A stretch of 64,000 nt of DNA from an uncultured delta proteobacterium (GTDB lineage Bacteria; Desulfobacterota; Syntrophia; Syntrophales; UBA2185). The number at the start of each line of letters is the position of its first letter. The stretch's first letter is position 1. The stretch lies in NCBI GenBank assembly GCA_963695875.1, contig CAVOID010000004.1:224001-288000 (forward strand), in the 5' to 3' direction. Under the pieces are notes generated by a model. The model did no database searches and was not told the origin of the DNA. It saw nothing but the letters and a program-made list of their open reading frames with translations. The position numbers were made by a program, and so were the translations under genes. Of the stretch, positions 50,952 through 61,266 are shown in pieces.

Positions 50952-51605
50952 TCAGAGGCCAAGATCCTGGTTTATAAGGATCACCTTGATCCGATGCTTG
51001 GGAAAAGATTTTACGGTTATCGTCCATACATTGCAAATCCTGCCCGGGCTCTTGCAGTCTTGGCAAAACGATGTTTCAACGCAGGGCGTCTTTCGATCCA
51101 GTCGCATCGCATTGATCGGTGCAGCAAGGTTCTTGACGCGCTCCATGGCGGTAGCCAGATCGGGCATCAGTTTGTTGCGTCCGATGGCAAGGACAACGTG
51201 CTTCGGGCCGAAACCGATCGCACCGACTCGATTGCCCGTGGCATCAAGATTGACAAGCTCGCCATCTTCCGTCAGCGCATTGGTGCCGGCGAAAAAAAGA
51301 TCCGCCAGAAGACCCTGCCGACGCTTCTCATAGGCTTCTTCAGGCTTGAGACCGGGCTCATAAGGATCAATGATGGTCAGGCCGGGATTCTTCCTGAAGG
51401 CTTCTGTAATACCGGTAGCCCCGATGGTCATGGAACCTCCCCAGGAAACGACCTTGGGATCAATTCGGGGCATCAGTGTATTAAGGACAAGGTCCCTGGC
51501 CTCAGATGCCGACTGCACGATAAAAACCTCAAAATTGTTCGCCTCCAGTGCTTTTCCCACTGCCTCCAGTCTCTTCTGCCAGTAACTTTCAATCGGGTTT
51601 TGCAT
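50952..51605 (-). CDS. LUD-domain (lactate utilization) protein
   Basis: GGSMT, GTNALTEDGELVNLDATGNR, GRNK, TPC...C.DC....RIC. Confidence 0.85.
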   Translation of the reverse strand: MQNPIESYWQKRLEAVGKALEANNFEVFIVQSASEARDLVLNTLMPRIDPKVVSWGGSMTIGATGITEAFRKNPGLTIIDPYEPGLKPEEAYEKRRQGLLADLFFAGTNALTEDGELVNLDATGNRVGAIGFGPKHVVLAIGRNKLMPDLATAMERVKNLAAPINAMRLDRKTPCVETSFCQDCKSPGRICNVWTITVKSFPKHRIKVILINQDLGL

Positions 51606-51864
51606 AAGTCCCTCCTTGTTGTGTTCTTTGTGTTGACATTGTTGTTATTACTGCCCTGCAAAGTGGGCATAATAGTTATAACTAAAGAATGATTTAATTC
51701 CCAGGATAGGAATCAGGATTAGAAGAAGAATCCTGAGGATGCTTCGGTTATTCAAGAGGACTGTCCAGAACTATTGTTCACTGTCGTATTTTACCATAGT
51801 ACAATACAAGTGATAACATAATGGCGGGAATTGTTGGAAAATGCCTCTACAATCTAACCGTGTG

Positions 51865-52056
51865 TTATTTGTTTTCGCTTTTCTTAATGTCTGCTGAATC
51901 CTCCGGTATATGTTCCCGCTCTTCCATAGCCTTTTTGAAACCCCGTATGGCCCTGCCGATAGAGTTTCCCAATTCAGGAAGTTTGCCTGGACCAAAAATA
52001 ATCAGGACTATAACCAGTATCACTAAAAGATGCATCGGTTGAAGAAGCCCTCTCAT
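51865..52056 (-). CDS. tatA: Twin-arginine translocase subunit TatA/E, second copy
   Basis: [25 protein letters not shown]. Confidence 0.92.
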   Translation of the reverse strand: MRGLLQPMHLLVILVIVLIIFGPGKLPELGNSIGRAIRGFKKAMEEREHIPEDSADIKKSENK

Positions 52057-52156
52057 TTTTTACCCCCTATTATTCTTTAATCATTTTCTATATCATTATT
52101 CCTAAACAGTCAAACGATCATCTTTGATCTATTAGGTAGATTATTAATGTCAGCGA

Positions 52157-52438
52157 TTACAGATCTTTTGCAATTCCAGACGTAAGCTTGCGAGGGCGGC
52201 CGGAACCTGCAGTTTCCAGTCCCTTTATGCCATTCTCGTTTACCCGCTTTACAAGATTATAAATCCCCTGGCGAGACATTTGGTGTCTACGACTTAATTG
52301 ATCAATTGGAACTTTGTCTATAACTCCCTGCAAAATGGCTATTCGTAATCCTGTCCGCAAGCATCGCCGAGACAGATATTCATCCAATGTATCTTGTGTA
52401 ATATCAGGATGCGTAACCATGAGTCTTGATTTTCCCAT
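52157..52438 (-). pseudogene. Transposase N-terminal HTH fragment (IS630-like), no catalytic domain
   Basis: SRQGIYNLVKR.NE.GI.GL....SGRPRKLT then a stop. Confidence 0.6.
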
Positions 52439-52461
52439 GTCTGCCCCTCCATAGCAACTGA

Positions 52462-52581
52462 AATTGAAGCTTTCCGCAGTAAACCGCGGAGAATCTTCGA
52501 TCCACAAGGAATAATAATGTTCCCCATTCGCTCGCTTACCCCGCAGCAAGCCACGGGGAATGCGCTCGCTGCCGGATTCAA
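52462..52581 (+). mobile_element. Miniature palindrome-ended element (IS200/IS605-type ends)
   Basis: Two related hairpins CCGCAGTAAACCGCGG and CCCCGCAGCAAGCCACGGGG, each followed by GAAT, ending in GGATTCAA. Confidence 0.5.
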
Positions 52582-52586
52582 AACAT

Positions 52587-52964
52587 TTAATATGAAAATT
52601 TTTCTTTCAGCCCGATCCCGCCTGCATCAGCTAAGCACTCCGTCTCTGCCTGTTCAAGTGCAGCCTCCTCAACTAATAAGCCTTGTCTTTCATATCTCTT
52701 TCTCGTCCTTGCCCATTTTAAGACAACTGCATGTAATTTAGAATTTTTCTTAGCCATCCGGGTTAATGCCGTAATGCCTGCTGGTAAGAACACCAAATGG
52801 TCCAGGTCTGCACATTCAAGACATAGAGCCTTTTTATCTTTTGCAAGGGTAATCAATGCCCTTGGACCGAGGCCTTCCCCGCATTCAGCGCAGGTTGATT
52901 CCCGGGATGTGATGAAGACCGTTATCTCTCTGATATTTGTTTTCACTGTTCGTTCGACCTCCAC
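52587..52964 (-). pseudogene. DUF2293-family protein, C-terminally truncated
   Basis: CAECG...LCLECADLDHLVFLPAG..ALTR...W.R.RKRYERQG; similarity ends next to the miniature element. Confidence 0.7.
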
Positions 52965-53179
52965 ATTTTTACCATTAAGATTATTGTAATAATCTGCATG
53001 CTTTATTAACGCGTATCTGCACTTAATGAGATTTGTGGATTATCAGGTGAAACAACATGCCGTGGCTCTTATATGGAGGCTGATTATTTTAAGGTAACTT
53101 ATTCAATAAAGTACACATGAGATTCCAAGAGTCACTAACAAGCGCAATGTTTCAACCCGTAATCAATACGTATTTCATG

Positions 53180-53224
53180 ATAAAATGGGGATCCCTGTAG
53201 AAGGAGGCAAAACCAGAGATCCCC
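53180..53224 (-). terminator. Minus-strand hairpin with CCUCCUU in the loop and a U-rich tail (possible sRNA 3' end)
   Basis: GGGGATCTCTG-GTTTTGCCTCCTTCTA-CAGGGATCCCC-ATTTTA; fully paired only on the minus strand (G-U wobble). Confidence 0.5.
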
Positions 53225-53432
53225 GTCAGAAAAGAAGTGAAGGCGTTGACGACGACACCCAGCCTGGGGGTTTCCATGCTGTTTATCTACTTCCTTTCCG
53301 TGTGCATTTTGGTTTAAGTTTCTTTAATTGCTATATTTCTTGCCCTAATCAAAAGGCTAGCAGCCCAGTAAAGAAGTTAACTATGATGAATAAATATTTC
53401 TTTTTTGCTTTTTAGGGATTTACTTCGTGTAT

Positions 53433-53762
53433 TTAAGATTTTTCGGGAGGTCCGCGATAGGCATAGGTACGTAAATTGAACGAAGTTAAATTGATTGGTT
53501 CTTCTGATAGAATTCGATGTAGAATGACCTCGTGGACATCATGGAAAACGATGCAATTAATACCGGGATCTGAATGCTTTATCCTGTGTTTCTGTGAATC
53601 TAAATCGTTCGAATCGTCATTTAGGTTAAAATATCCATACCCTTGGCAGGCTGTGCTGTCGTATGCCTGATCATAATATCCGGTCACAAGGGTACATAAT
53701 AAAAAAGCAAACAAAAAAATACAGGGTTTACTTCTATGGACCGGTGTAGATGATAACTTCAT
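53433..53762 (-). CDS. Small protein with an N-terminal hydrophobic segment and C-terminal RGPP motif
   Basis: CIFLFAFLLCTLV ... YAYRGPPEKS*. Confidence 0.55.
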   Translation of the reverse strand: MKLSSTPVHRSKPCIFLFAFLLCTLVTGYYDQAYDSTACQGYGYFNLNDDSNDLDSQKHRIKHSDPGINCIVFHDVHEVILHRILSEEPINLTSFNLRTYAYRGPPEKS

Positions 53763-54241
53763 AGACCTACCTTAACAACGTACTTCCATATATCTAAATT
53801 TAATCGATAGAAATGAAAAACTCAAGTCATTTTAATATAATTTTCTAAGAACTCTTTAATACAGCCTTCCTTGGATACTTAAGTGGCCCAGAGGAGTGCC
53901 ACATAATTCTGCACGAAAGTACCGTACCGAAAATTCCTATAAAGATCAGCCGGTCATAAAAAGAAACATTATGGGTTGAAATGTTGTAAGGCGGGCAGAA
54001 TTGTAAAAACAACATCACCGGGATGAAGGAATGAATCATTTAGATCAGTTTTTTTGTTTTAAAGTGAACGTTCAAAGACAGGATCGTAAATAATGCTTAC
54101 GATGACATTCCCATTGACAGTTGGCAGGAGAAGTTTTAAATAACCTGTTAACATTTTACCCGCTGAGAAATAATTACTTTGCGGGCGCAGACAAAGAATT
54201 CAGCAATTTCCCTTCCCCCGGGGAAGTTTTATGAGAGTGAT

Positions 54242-55022
54242 ATGAAGATTTCCGTAGACATTAACTGCGACATGGGAGAATCTTTCGGGGCCTATAAAAT
54301 AGGCAGAGACGAAGATGTCATCCGCTATATCACGTCTTCCAATATCGCCTGCGGGTTTCATGCGTCGGATCCGAGTGTCATGGAAAGAACCGTGCGGCTC
54401 TGCAAAGACCACCGCGTAAGCGCGGGCGCGCACCCCGGCTATCCCGATTTGTCCGGTTTCGGAAGACGGTTCATGGATATGGACCAGAAGGAATTAATAA
54501 ACGCCATCGTATACCAGGTGGGGGCATTGCAGGGATTTCTTGCCCTTTATCAAATGCCGCTGCAGCACGTGAAGATGCACGGCGCACTTTACAATTATCT
54601 GATCAAAGAGGAAAGTCTTTTTCTGGAGATCATTGAAACAGTGAAAAACGCCTTCGGAGACCTGATTTTTTTGACGCTTTTCACGGATCGGACGGCAGCG
54701 CTCAAGAAAGCCTTACGGAAGAAGGGTGTAAGAATTGCGTTGGAGGCTTTTCCGGACAGGAACTACAGCGACAATGGAGAACTTCTTTCGCGAAAACATA
54801 AAGAGGCGGTATTGAAAGATCCGGAGCTTAATCGCTAAAAGGGCGGTACGAATGGTCAAGGAGAGGGGGATCGAGAGCGTCGGCGGACGCTGGCTGGATA
54901 TGGAGGTGGATACATTGTGTATACACGGTGACAACCTGGAAAGCATTGATGCCGCAAGAAGGATGAAAACGTATTTTGAACAGGAACACATTCACATTAA
55001 GCCACTGGAAGATCTCTTATAG
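54242..55022 (+). CDS. pxpA: 5-oxoprolinase subunit A (LamB/YcsF); frameshift near 54828
   Basis: DINCDMGES, NIACGFHA, GAHPGYPD, HVKMHGALYN, continuation DTLCIHGD. Confidence 0.92.
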
Positions 55023-55025
55023 CGT

Positions 55026-55667
55026 ATGAACATCTCAAGGTACGGCGAAGAGGGAATAAGGATATTATTTGGAGAAAAAATCGATCTGGAGATCCATGAA
55101 AGAGTCAGGCGATATTATTTTTTTCTGAAGTCCCTTCAATTAAAAGAAATTACCGATATCATACCCTCCTTCAGATCCTGCCTTATTCTCTTTGACAGGA
55201 AGAAAACTTCATTCAAAACACTGACGACCTCATTGCAGGAGAAAGAGTTTTTTATAGGCCATGTCAATATTCCGGAGCCTAAGACCTGTGAGGTTCCTGT
55301 CGAGTACGGTGGAGAAAGCGGCTTCGACATTGATTTCATTGCGTCCCATACGGGATTATCTGAAGATGAGATTGTAGAAATCCATACATCCGTTACATAT
55401 ACCGTCTTTGCAGTGGGATTCATGCCGGGATTTCCCTATTTGGGAATCCTTGATCAGAGATTGTATGTTCCGAGGCTTGAGACCCCCCGTTTAAGAGTTC
55501 CCGAGGGCTCCGTCGGCCTCGCTCAGCTTCAGACCGGAATATATCCCTTTCATTCGCCGGCGGGTTGGAGAATAATAGGGAAAACGAATAAGAAGCTCTT
55601 TGATTATAATAAGGAACCCTACAGCATTCTCCAGATTGGTGACAAAGTGAGATTTATAAGTGTATGA
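55026..55667 (+). CDS. pxpB: 5-oxoprolinase subunit B
   Basis: VPVEYGG, GFMPGFPYLG, PR..VPEGSVG, YP..SPAGWRIIG. Confidence 0.92.
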   Translation: MNISRYGEEGIRILFGEKIDLEIHERVRRYYFFLKSLQLKEITDIIPSFRSCLILFDRKKTSFKTLTTSLQEKEFFIGHVNIPEPKTCEVPVEYGGESGFDIDFIASHTGLSEDEIVEIHTSVTYTVFAVGFMPGFPYLGILDQRLYVPRLETPRLRVPEGSVGLAQLQTGIYPFHSPAGWRIIGKTNKKLFDYNKEPYSILQIGDKVRFISV

Positions 55668-56609
55668 TCGAGATCGTCCATCCGGGAATTATGTCCCTTG
55701 TCATTGACGGCGGCAGGTATGGACATAGGGAGGTAGGTGTTCCACCTTCACCTGCCTTGGATAGTTATGCTTTGAGCACCCTCAATCATCTCCTGGGCAA
55801 CGAGGATAATGCACCGGCCATCGAAGTATTCGGCGAAAAATTTTCTTTGCGATTTAATGCAGATGTCTGTTGCGCCATCACGGGAGCGAAGGTCAGAGCC
55901 AGCTTACAGGGCAGAACTTTGCATTCCTGGATGTCATTCGAGGCAAGATCAGGGGAGCTCCTGACGGTTGATAATGTAATGGATGGTTTCAGATATTACG
56001 TGGGCTTTTCCGGTACCCCGGTTCTGGAGAAGATTATTGAAAGTTATTCGACCAATTTAGAATGTCGATTCGGCGGTTACCGGGGAAGGGCGCTCGCAGA
56101 AGGGGGACAGGATTGACTTTGAGAACATCAGGACGGTGAATATGCAACGGATTCCGGAAGAGTTTATACCGAAAATGAATCCACCGCATACGTTGAGGGT
56201 GTTGAAAGGTCCGGAATTCCATTATTTCACTGAGGACTCTCTGGAAGAGTTCATGGACAGCGAGTCAAGGATGGTTTTCACAGTCTCCACGAAGGCGAAC
56301 AGGACAGGTATCCGGCTGGAGGGTAAACCCTTGACATTTAGAGTAGGTGCAGATGAGAGCATCATATCAGAGGGCCTATTGCCCGGCAGTATCCAGGTCC
56401 CGGGAGACGGTTTGCCCATCATCCAGCTTCATGAACGTACCATCGGAGGGTATGCAAGACCGGCAGTTATTGCCAAAGCGGATCATGACCTTCTTGCCCA
56501 TCTGAAACCGGGTGACTCAGTGACGTTCGAAATGATAGAGATGGAGGAGGCGGAGAGCCTCTATGACAGAAAAATGGAAATCGTAACATTATTAAAAAAA
56601 AGTATGTAG
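55664..56609 (+). CDS. pxpC: 5-oxoprolinase subunit C; frameshift near 56100
   Basis: DGGRYG...GVPPS.ALD, GG..GRAL, NRTGIRL, GSIQVPGDG.PII, TIGGY. Confidence 0.88.
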
Positions 56610-56619
56610 GAGGTAGCAC

Positions 56620-57876
56620 ATGTGGAAATTTGTGAGAGTATTTATTGCAGTGGTCATGATTTTATCTTTCACCTCTCTGGCATGTGCACAGAATGAGATC
56701 CGGATCGGTGTCATCTTTCCCCTTACCGGGCCCTTGGCAAGCACAGGACAGGGCCTGCTCAAAGGTGTCGAGTTAGCAGCTGATGTTATAAATAACAAAT
56801 ACAATCTGAATATGCCCCTGGCAAAAACTGCAGGTCTGCCGAATTTGAAAGGTGCAAAAATCAAAATAATTCCCGGTGACCATCAGGGCAAGCCGGAAGT
56901 CGGCATGGCAGAGGCGGAGCGTCTCATCACCCAGGAAAAAGTCGTTGCCATCATCGGCTGTTATAACAGTGCAGTTACGGCCACGGCTTCTCAGGCAGCA
57001 GAACGCTATGACATTCCTTTCCTGAACGACAGTTCCACATCGCCCGGTCTGACGGATAGGGGTTTCAAATGGTTCTTCAGGACGACGCCGCATGACGACA
57101 TGTTCAGCGAAAACTTCTTCATCTTTCTAAATGATCTGAAAAAGAAGAAGATCGCCGTAGGATCCATTGCGCTGCTTTATGAAAACACGCTGTTCGGTTC
57201 GGACTCACGAAAATATCAGGAAATGTACGCCAAGAAGTATGGGTACCAAATCGTTGGCGCCGTCCCCTACCCGGCAAAAAGCACCCAGTTAACCTCTGAG
57301 ATTCAGAAACTCCGGAGTTATAATCCATCCATTATCATGCAGACGTCTTATACGGCAGATGCCATTCTGTCAATGAAGACATACAAGGAACTCAATTTCG
57401 CACCAACAGCTCTAATTGCCAACGATGCCGGCTTTAACGATCCGGATTTGATCAAGTCCCTCGGAAAAGACGCAGACTACATCTTCAGCAGGGAAGTTTG
57501 GGCTAAAGACCTTTCGGCAAAAAAAACGATGATCAAAACGGTGGCCGACATGTTTGAGAAAAAGGCTGGAAAACCCATGTCGGGTGACTATGCTCGTTCA
57601 TTTACAGGCATGATAGTTCTGGCAGATGCCATCAACCGTGCCAAATCCACGGAACCGGCAAAGATCCAACAGGCCCTGCTGGAAACGAACATCAAAGCCG
57701 ACCAACTGATCATGCCCTGGGACGGTGTCAGGTTCGACCCGAAGACTCATCAGAATGTCCTTGGCAAAGGCATCATTGTTCAGATCCAGAAAGGTGAGCG
57801 CTATACCGTATGGCCCTTCAATCTGGCTACAAAAGATGTGATCTGGCCTTTCCCGAAGTGGGACAGCAAAAGGTAA
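56620..57876 (+). CDS. ABC transporter substrate-binding protein (branched-chain amino acid/HAAT family)
   Basis: Signal peptide, [24 protein letters not shown]. Confidence 0.92.
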   Translation: MWKFVRVFIAVVMILSFTSLACAQNEIRIGVIFPLTGPLASTGQGLLKGVELAADVINNKYNLNMPLAKTAGLPNLKGAKIKIIPGDHQGKPEVGMAEAERLITQEKVVAIIGCYNSAVTATASQAAERYDIPFLNDSSTSPGLTDRGFKWFFRTTPHDDMFSENFFIFLNDLKKKKIAVGSIALLYENTLFGSDSRKYQEMYAKKYGYQIVGAVPYPAKSTQLTSEIQKLRSYNPSIIMQTSYTADAILSMKTYKELNFAPTALIANDAGFNDPDLIKSLGKDADYIFSREVWAKDLSAKKTMIKTVADMFEKKAGKPMSGDYARSFTGMIVLADAINRAKSTEPAKIQQALLETNIKADQLIMPWDGVRFDPKTHQNVLGKGIIVQIQKGERYTVWPFNLATKDVIWPFPKWDSKR

Positions 57877-57944
57877 AAGCTTAGCCACCTGTTTTGAAGT
57901 GTCTAGGTAACTGCACAATATAATAAAAAAAGGAAGGACAAATC

Positions 57945-58808
57945 ATGGAGGGGGTATTTACACAAACCCTGGTGAGCGGCATATTGATCGGCTTCGTTTA
58001 TGCACTGATCGCCGTCGGTCTCACGATGATTTTCGGGATGATGGATATCGTCAATTTTGCCCATGGTGAATACCTCATGGTCGCCATGTATTTCTCTTAC
58101 TGGTTTTTCATACTCTTCGGCATGGACCCCCTCTATTCCCTTCCCTGGGTGACGGTCCTTCTTTTCCTCCTCGGAGTCATTACCTACTACGTCTTCATCA
58201 AGCCGATCATCAACGCCCCCATGCTTTCCCAGATCTTCGTGACCTTCGGCATCCTGATTCTTCTGAGAGGCCTGGCCCAGTATTTCTGGAAGGCGGATTA
58301 CCGCATGATCCCCCAAACGTTGACAAGCGGCAATATCAGTGTTTTCGGCGTCTACATTGGTATTTCGCAACTCGTTGCTGCGGGGGGCGCCGTCTTTTGC
58401 AATGGTCTCATCTTCTGGTATCTTAAGTCAACCAAGGTGGGTATGGCTCTGGAGGCCGTTTCCGAAGACAAGGAATCGGCGAGACTCATGGGAATCAACA
58501 GTGATCGAATGTTTGCTCTGGCCTGGGGTATCGGCATAGCCACCGTCGGCGTCGCCGGCGGCTTGCTGTCCAACTTCTATTATGTGTTTCCGGAAGTGGG
58601 CTCGAATTTTTGTTTGATTGCTTTTGTCGTGGTTGCCCTCGGTGGTTTCGGCAGTGTGGTGGGAGCATTCATCGCGGGGATTATTGTGGGACTGGTAGAG
58701 GTGTTGAGTGGCTATCTCATAGCGCCTTCTCTGAAGTTCATGTTTGTCCTGCTCTTATACCTGGTTGTAGTCTTTATCAGACCGCAGGGGTTCATGGGAA
58801 GGAAATGA
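57945..58808 (+). CDS. ABC transporter permease (LivH-like)
   Basis: YALIAVGLTMIFG...NFAHG, VVALGGFGS. Confidence 0.92.
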   Translation: MEGVFTQTLVSGILIGFVYALIAVGLTMIFGMMDIVNFAHGEYLMVAMYFSYWFFILFGMDPLYSLPWVTVLLFLLGVITYYVFIKPIINAPMLSQIFVTFGILILLRGLAQYFWKADYRMIPQTLTSGNISVFGVYIGISQLVAAGGAVFCNGLIFWYLKSTKVGMALEAVSEDKESARLMGINSDRMFALAWGIGIATVGVAGGLLSNFYYVFPEVGSNFCLIAFVVVALGGFGSVVGAFIAGIIVGLVEVLSGYLIAPSLKFMFVLLLYLVVVFIRPQGFMGRK

Positions 58809-58815
58809 TTCAGTC

Positions 58816-59760
58816 ATGAAGAAGGGTTTGTTGGCATTTCTCTTGTTAATTAGCGGTCTCGCCGTATTCCCGCTTTTTTTCCGTGACCCGTTTCTGTGCC
58901 ATCTCATGATCATGATCATGATGTATGCCACGATGAGCATTGGCTGGAATGTCATCGGAGGTTACACGGGCCAGGTCTCGTTCGGTAATGCCGCATTTTT
59001 CGGTCTGGGAGCTTATGCGACAGCGATCCTTCTGGTAAACTATAATATCAACCCCTGGCTGGGAATGCTGGCTGGCTGTGTCATTTCCGTTTGTCTTGCT
59101 GTCATAGTCGGATACCCCTGTTTTCGCCTGCGGGGACATTATTTTGCTATTGCCACAATCGCGGTTGGCGAAATCATGGGACTGATTTTTACCAACTGGG
59201 ACTATGTCGGTGCTGCCGTGGGTATATACCTGCCCATCGTGGAGGAGTCGTTTACGAACTTTGAATTCCACTCCTCGAAGATCCCTTATTACTATATAAT
59301 CCTGGCCATGCTGCTGTTTGCTATTGCCGTTTCCTATGCCATTGAAGAAAGCAGGCTGGGTTACTACTTGAGGGCGATTAAGGATGATCCTGACGGGGCG
59401 AGGAGTCTCGGGATAGATATTCAAAAATACAAAATGATCGCCTTCTCCATCTCGGCCATATTGACCTCCATATGCGGTACGTTCTACGCCCAGTACGTGT
59501 TATATATCCACCCGTCAAGCACGATGGACCTTATGATGTCGATCCATCTTTGCATCATCGTAATGATCGGCGGTATCGGGAAGCTATTTGGACCCGTTCT
59601 CGGGGCCTTCGTGTTCATCCCGCTCATGGAGCTGACCAGGGTTTATCTCGGAAGTGAAGGACAGGGGATCGATATGATCATCTACTCCCTCCTCGTCATT
59701 ATCATCGCTATCTGGCGGCCGCAGGGGTTGTGGGCCTTGTTTTCAAAAGGTGAAAAATGA
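58816..59760 (+). CDS. ABC transporter permease (LivM-like)
   Basis: GYTGQVSFG..AFFG.GAY, LRGHYFAIAT, GGIG...GPVLGA. Confidence 0.92.
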   Translation: MKKGLLAFLLLISGLAVFPLFFRDPFLCHLMIMIMMYATMSIGWNVIGGYTGQVSFGNAAFFGLGAYATAILLVNYNINPWLGMLAGCVISVCLAVIVGYPCFRLRGHYFAIATIAVGEIMGLIFTNWDYVGAAVGIYLPIVEESFTNFEFHSSKIPYYYIILAMLLFAIAVSYAIEESRLGYYLRAIKDDPDGARSLGIDIQKYKMIAFSISAILTSICGTFYAQYVLYIHPSSTMDLMMSIHLCIIVMIGGIGKLFGPVLGAFVFIPLMELTRVYLGSEGQGIDMIIYSLLVIIIAIWRPQGLWALFSKGEK

Positions 59761-60512
59761 ATGCTGAGATCCTTGTAATTGACAATGTAACCAAGCGCTT
59801 TGGCGGGCTCACAGCCAATGAGAATATTTCCTTCTCCATGAAGGAAGGGGAAATCATCGGCCTTATAGGGCCTAATGGGGCCGGGAAATCCACACTGTTC
59901 AACTGTATATCCTGTTTTTACAATGCCGACAGCGGAAGAATCACTTTTAAAGGCCAGGAAATCACGCGCAAGAACCCGGAGTCCATCTGCCGAATGGGGA
60001 TCGGCCGGACATTTCAGATCGTCCGGATTTTCCGGGACATGTCTGTATTGGAGAATATCATGATCGGGGCATTCCTGAGAAATCCGAGGCGTAAGGATGC
60101 TAAAGTGAAGGCTGAGGAAGTAGCCGGTATATTCCGGTTCACGGATAAGTTATCGGTGAAAGCCGCCTCCCTGACTATTTCCGAACAGAAAAGACTGGAG
60201 GTTGCCAGGGTCTTTGCAACAGGACCGGAAGTCATGCTGCTGGACGAAATGATGGCGGGGCTCAATATACAGGAGATCAGGGAATCGGTTGAGCTTATCC
60301 TGCGGCTTAGGGACATGGGAATAACTCTTGTTCTTGTCGAACATGTCATGGAAGGCATAATGCCAATTGCAAATCGTGTCGTTGTTCTTGACTACGGGGA
60401 GAAGATCGCAGAAGGTACACCCGACGAGGTCATTAACAACGAGAAGGTCATTGAGGCTTATTTCGGACAAAAATATGCTAAGCGTAGAGAACATAAAACT
60501 CGGCTACAATAA
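59757..60512 (+). CDS. ABC transporter ATP-binding protein (LivG-like)
   Basis: KRFGGL, GPNGAGKST, RTFQ, LLDE, VEH. Confidence 0.93.
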   Translation: MNAEILVIDNVTKRFGGLTANENISFSMKEGEIIGLIGPNGAGKSTLFNCISCFYNADSGRITFKGQEITRKNPESICRMGIGRTFQIVRIFRDMSVLENIMIGAFLRNPRRKDAKVKAEEVAGIFRFTDKLSVKAASLTISEQKRLEVARVFATGPEVMLLDEMMAGLNIQEIRESVELILRLRDMGITLVLVEHVMEGIMPIANRVVVLDYGEKIAEGTPDEVINNEKVIEAYFGQKYAKRREHKTRLQ

Positions 60513-61179
60513 CATCCCGGTGATTCATGACGTTTCTTTTCGCGTAGAGAAGGGCGAAATCGTATCGCTGATCGGCGGCAATGGAAACGGAAAATCGACC
60601 ATTTTGAAGGGTCTGAGCGGTATCATGCACCCTGCATCGGGGAAGATAATCTTCAATGATCAAGACATCACGATGGCGGAAGCTCATAAAATAGTCGCTT
60701 TGGGCTTGTCCCACGTGCCGGAAGGCAGGCGGCTTTTTCCCAATCTCAGCGTATACAAGAATCTGCTGCTCGGCGCCTATCTTATGAGTGACAAAAAGAC
60801 TATTGCAAGTCGGCTGGAATATGTCTACAGCATCTTCCCGATCTTGAAGGACAGGAGCCAGCAGAAGGCAAACACCCTCTCCGGCGGTGAACAGCAGATG
60901 GTGGCCATCGGTCGGGGGCTGATGAGTAAACCCAAGCTCCTGATGCTTGATGAACCATCATGGGGGATTGCGCCGAAGCTTGTCGAAAAGATATTCGAGG
61001 TGATTCAGGAAATCCGGAAGGACGGCGTAACCATTCTCCTTGTCGAGCAGGATGTCCAGGAGGCCCTTGATATCTCTGACCGGGCTTACGTAATCCAGAC
61101 AGGTGGGGTTTTGCTCGAGGGTACAGGCAAACAACTGCTGTCATCGGAGCTTATACAAAAGTCTTTCCTCGGTCTGTAA
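60475..61179 (+). CDS. ABC transporter ATP-binding protein (LivF-like)
   Basis: GGNGNGKST, VPEGRRLF, LSGGEQQM, LDEPS. Confidence 0.93.
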   Translation: MLSVENIKLGYNNIPVIHDVSFRVEKGEIVSLIGGNGNGKSTILKGLSGIMHPASGKIIFNDQDITMAEAHKIVALGLSHVPEGRRLFPNLSVYKNLLLGAYLMSDKKTIASRLEYVYSIFPILKDRSQQKANTLSGGEQQMVAIGRGLMSKPKLLMLDEPSWGIAPKLVEKIFEVIQEIRKDGVTILLVEQDVQEALDISDRAYVIQTGGVLLEGTGKQLLSSELIQKSFLGL

Positions 61180-61266
61180 TCCTGTCTAATGCCCTATCAC
61201 ATTTTGTGCAATCGGCGGGGTTCACTCCACGGCGAAGGCAGTCATTCGACAGTTCAGAAGATGCAA

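Noticed and set aside
50889..51692. 267-aa plus-strand ORF
   Set aside because: Antisense to the LUD-domain gene, with no recognisable features
54065..54074. Palindrome TGAACGTTCA upstream of pxpA
   Set aside because: A 10-bp palindrome alone is not distinguishable from chance
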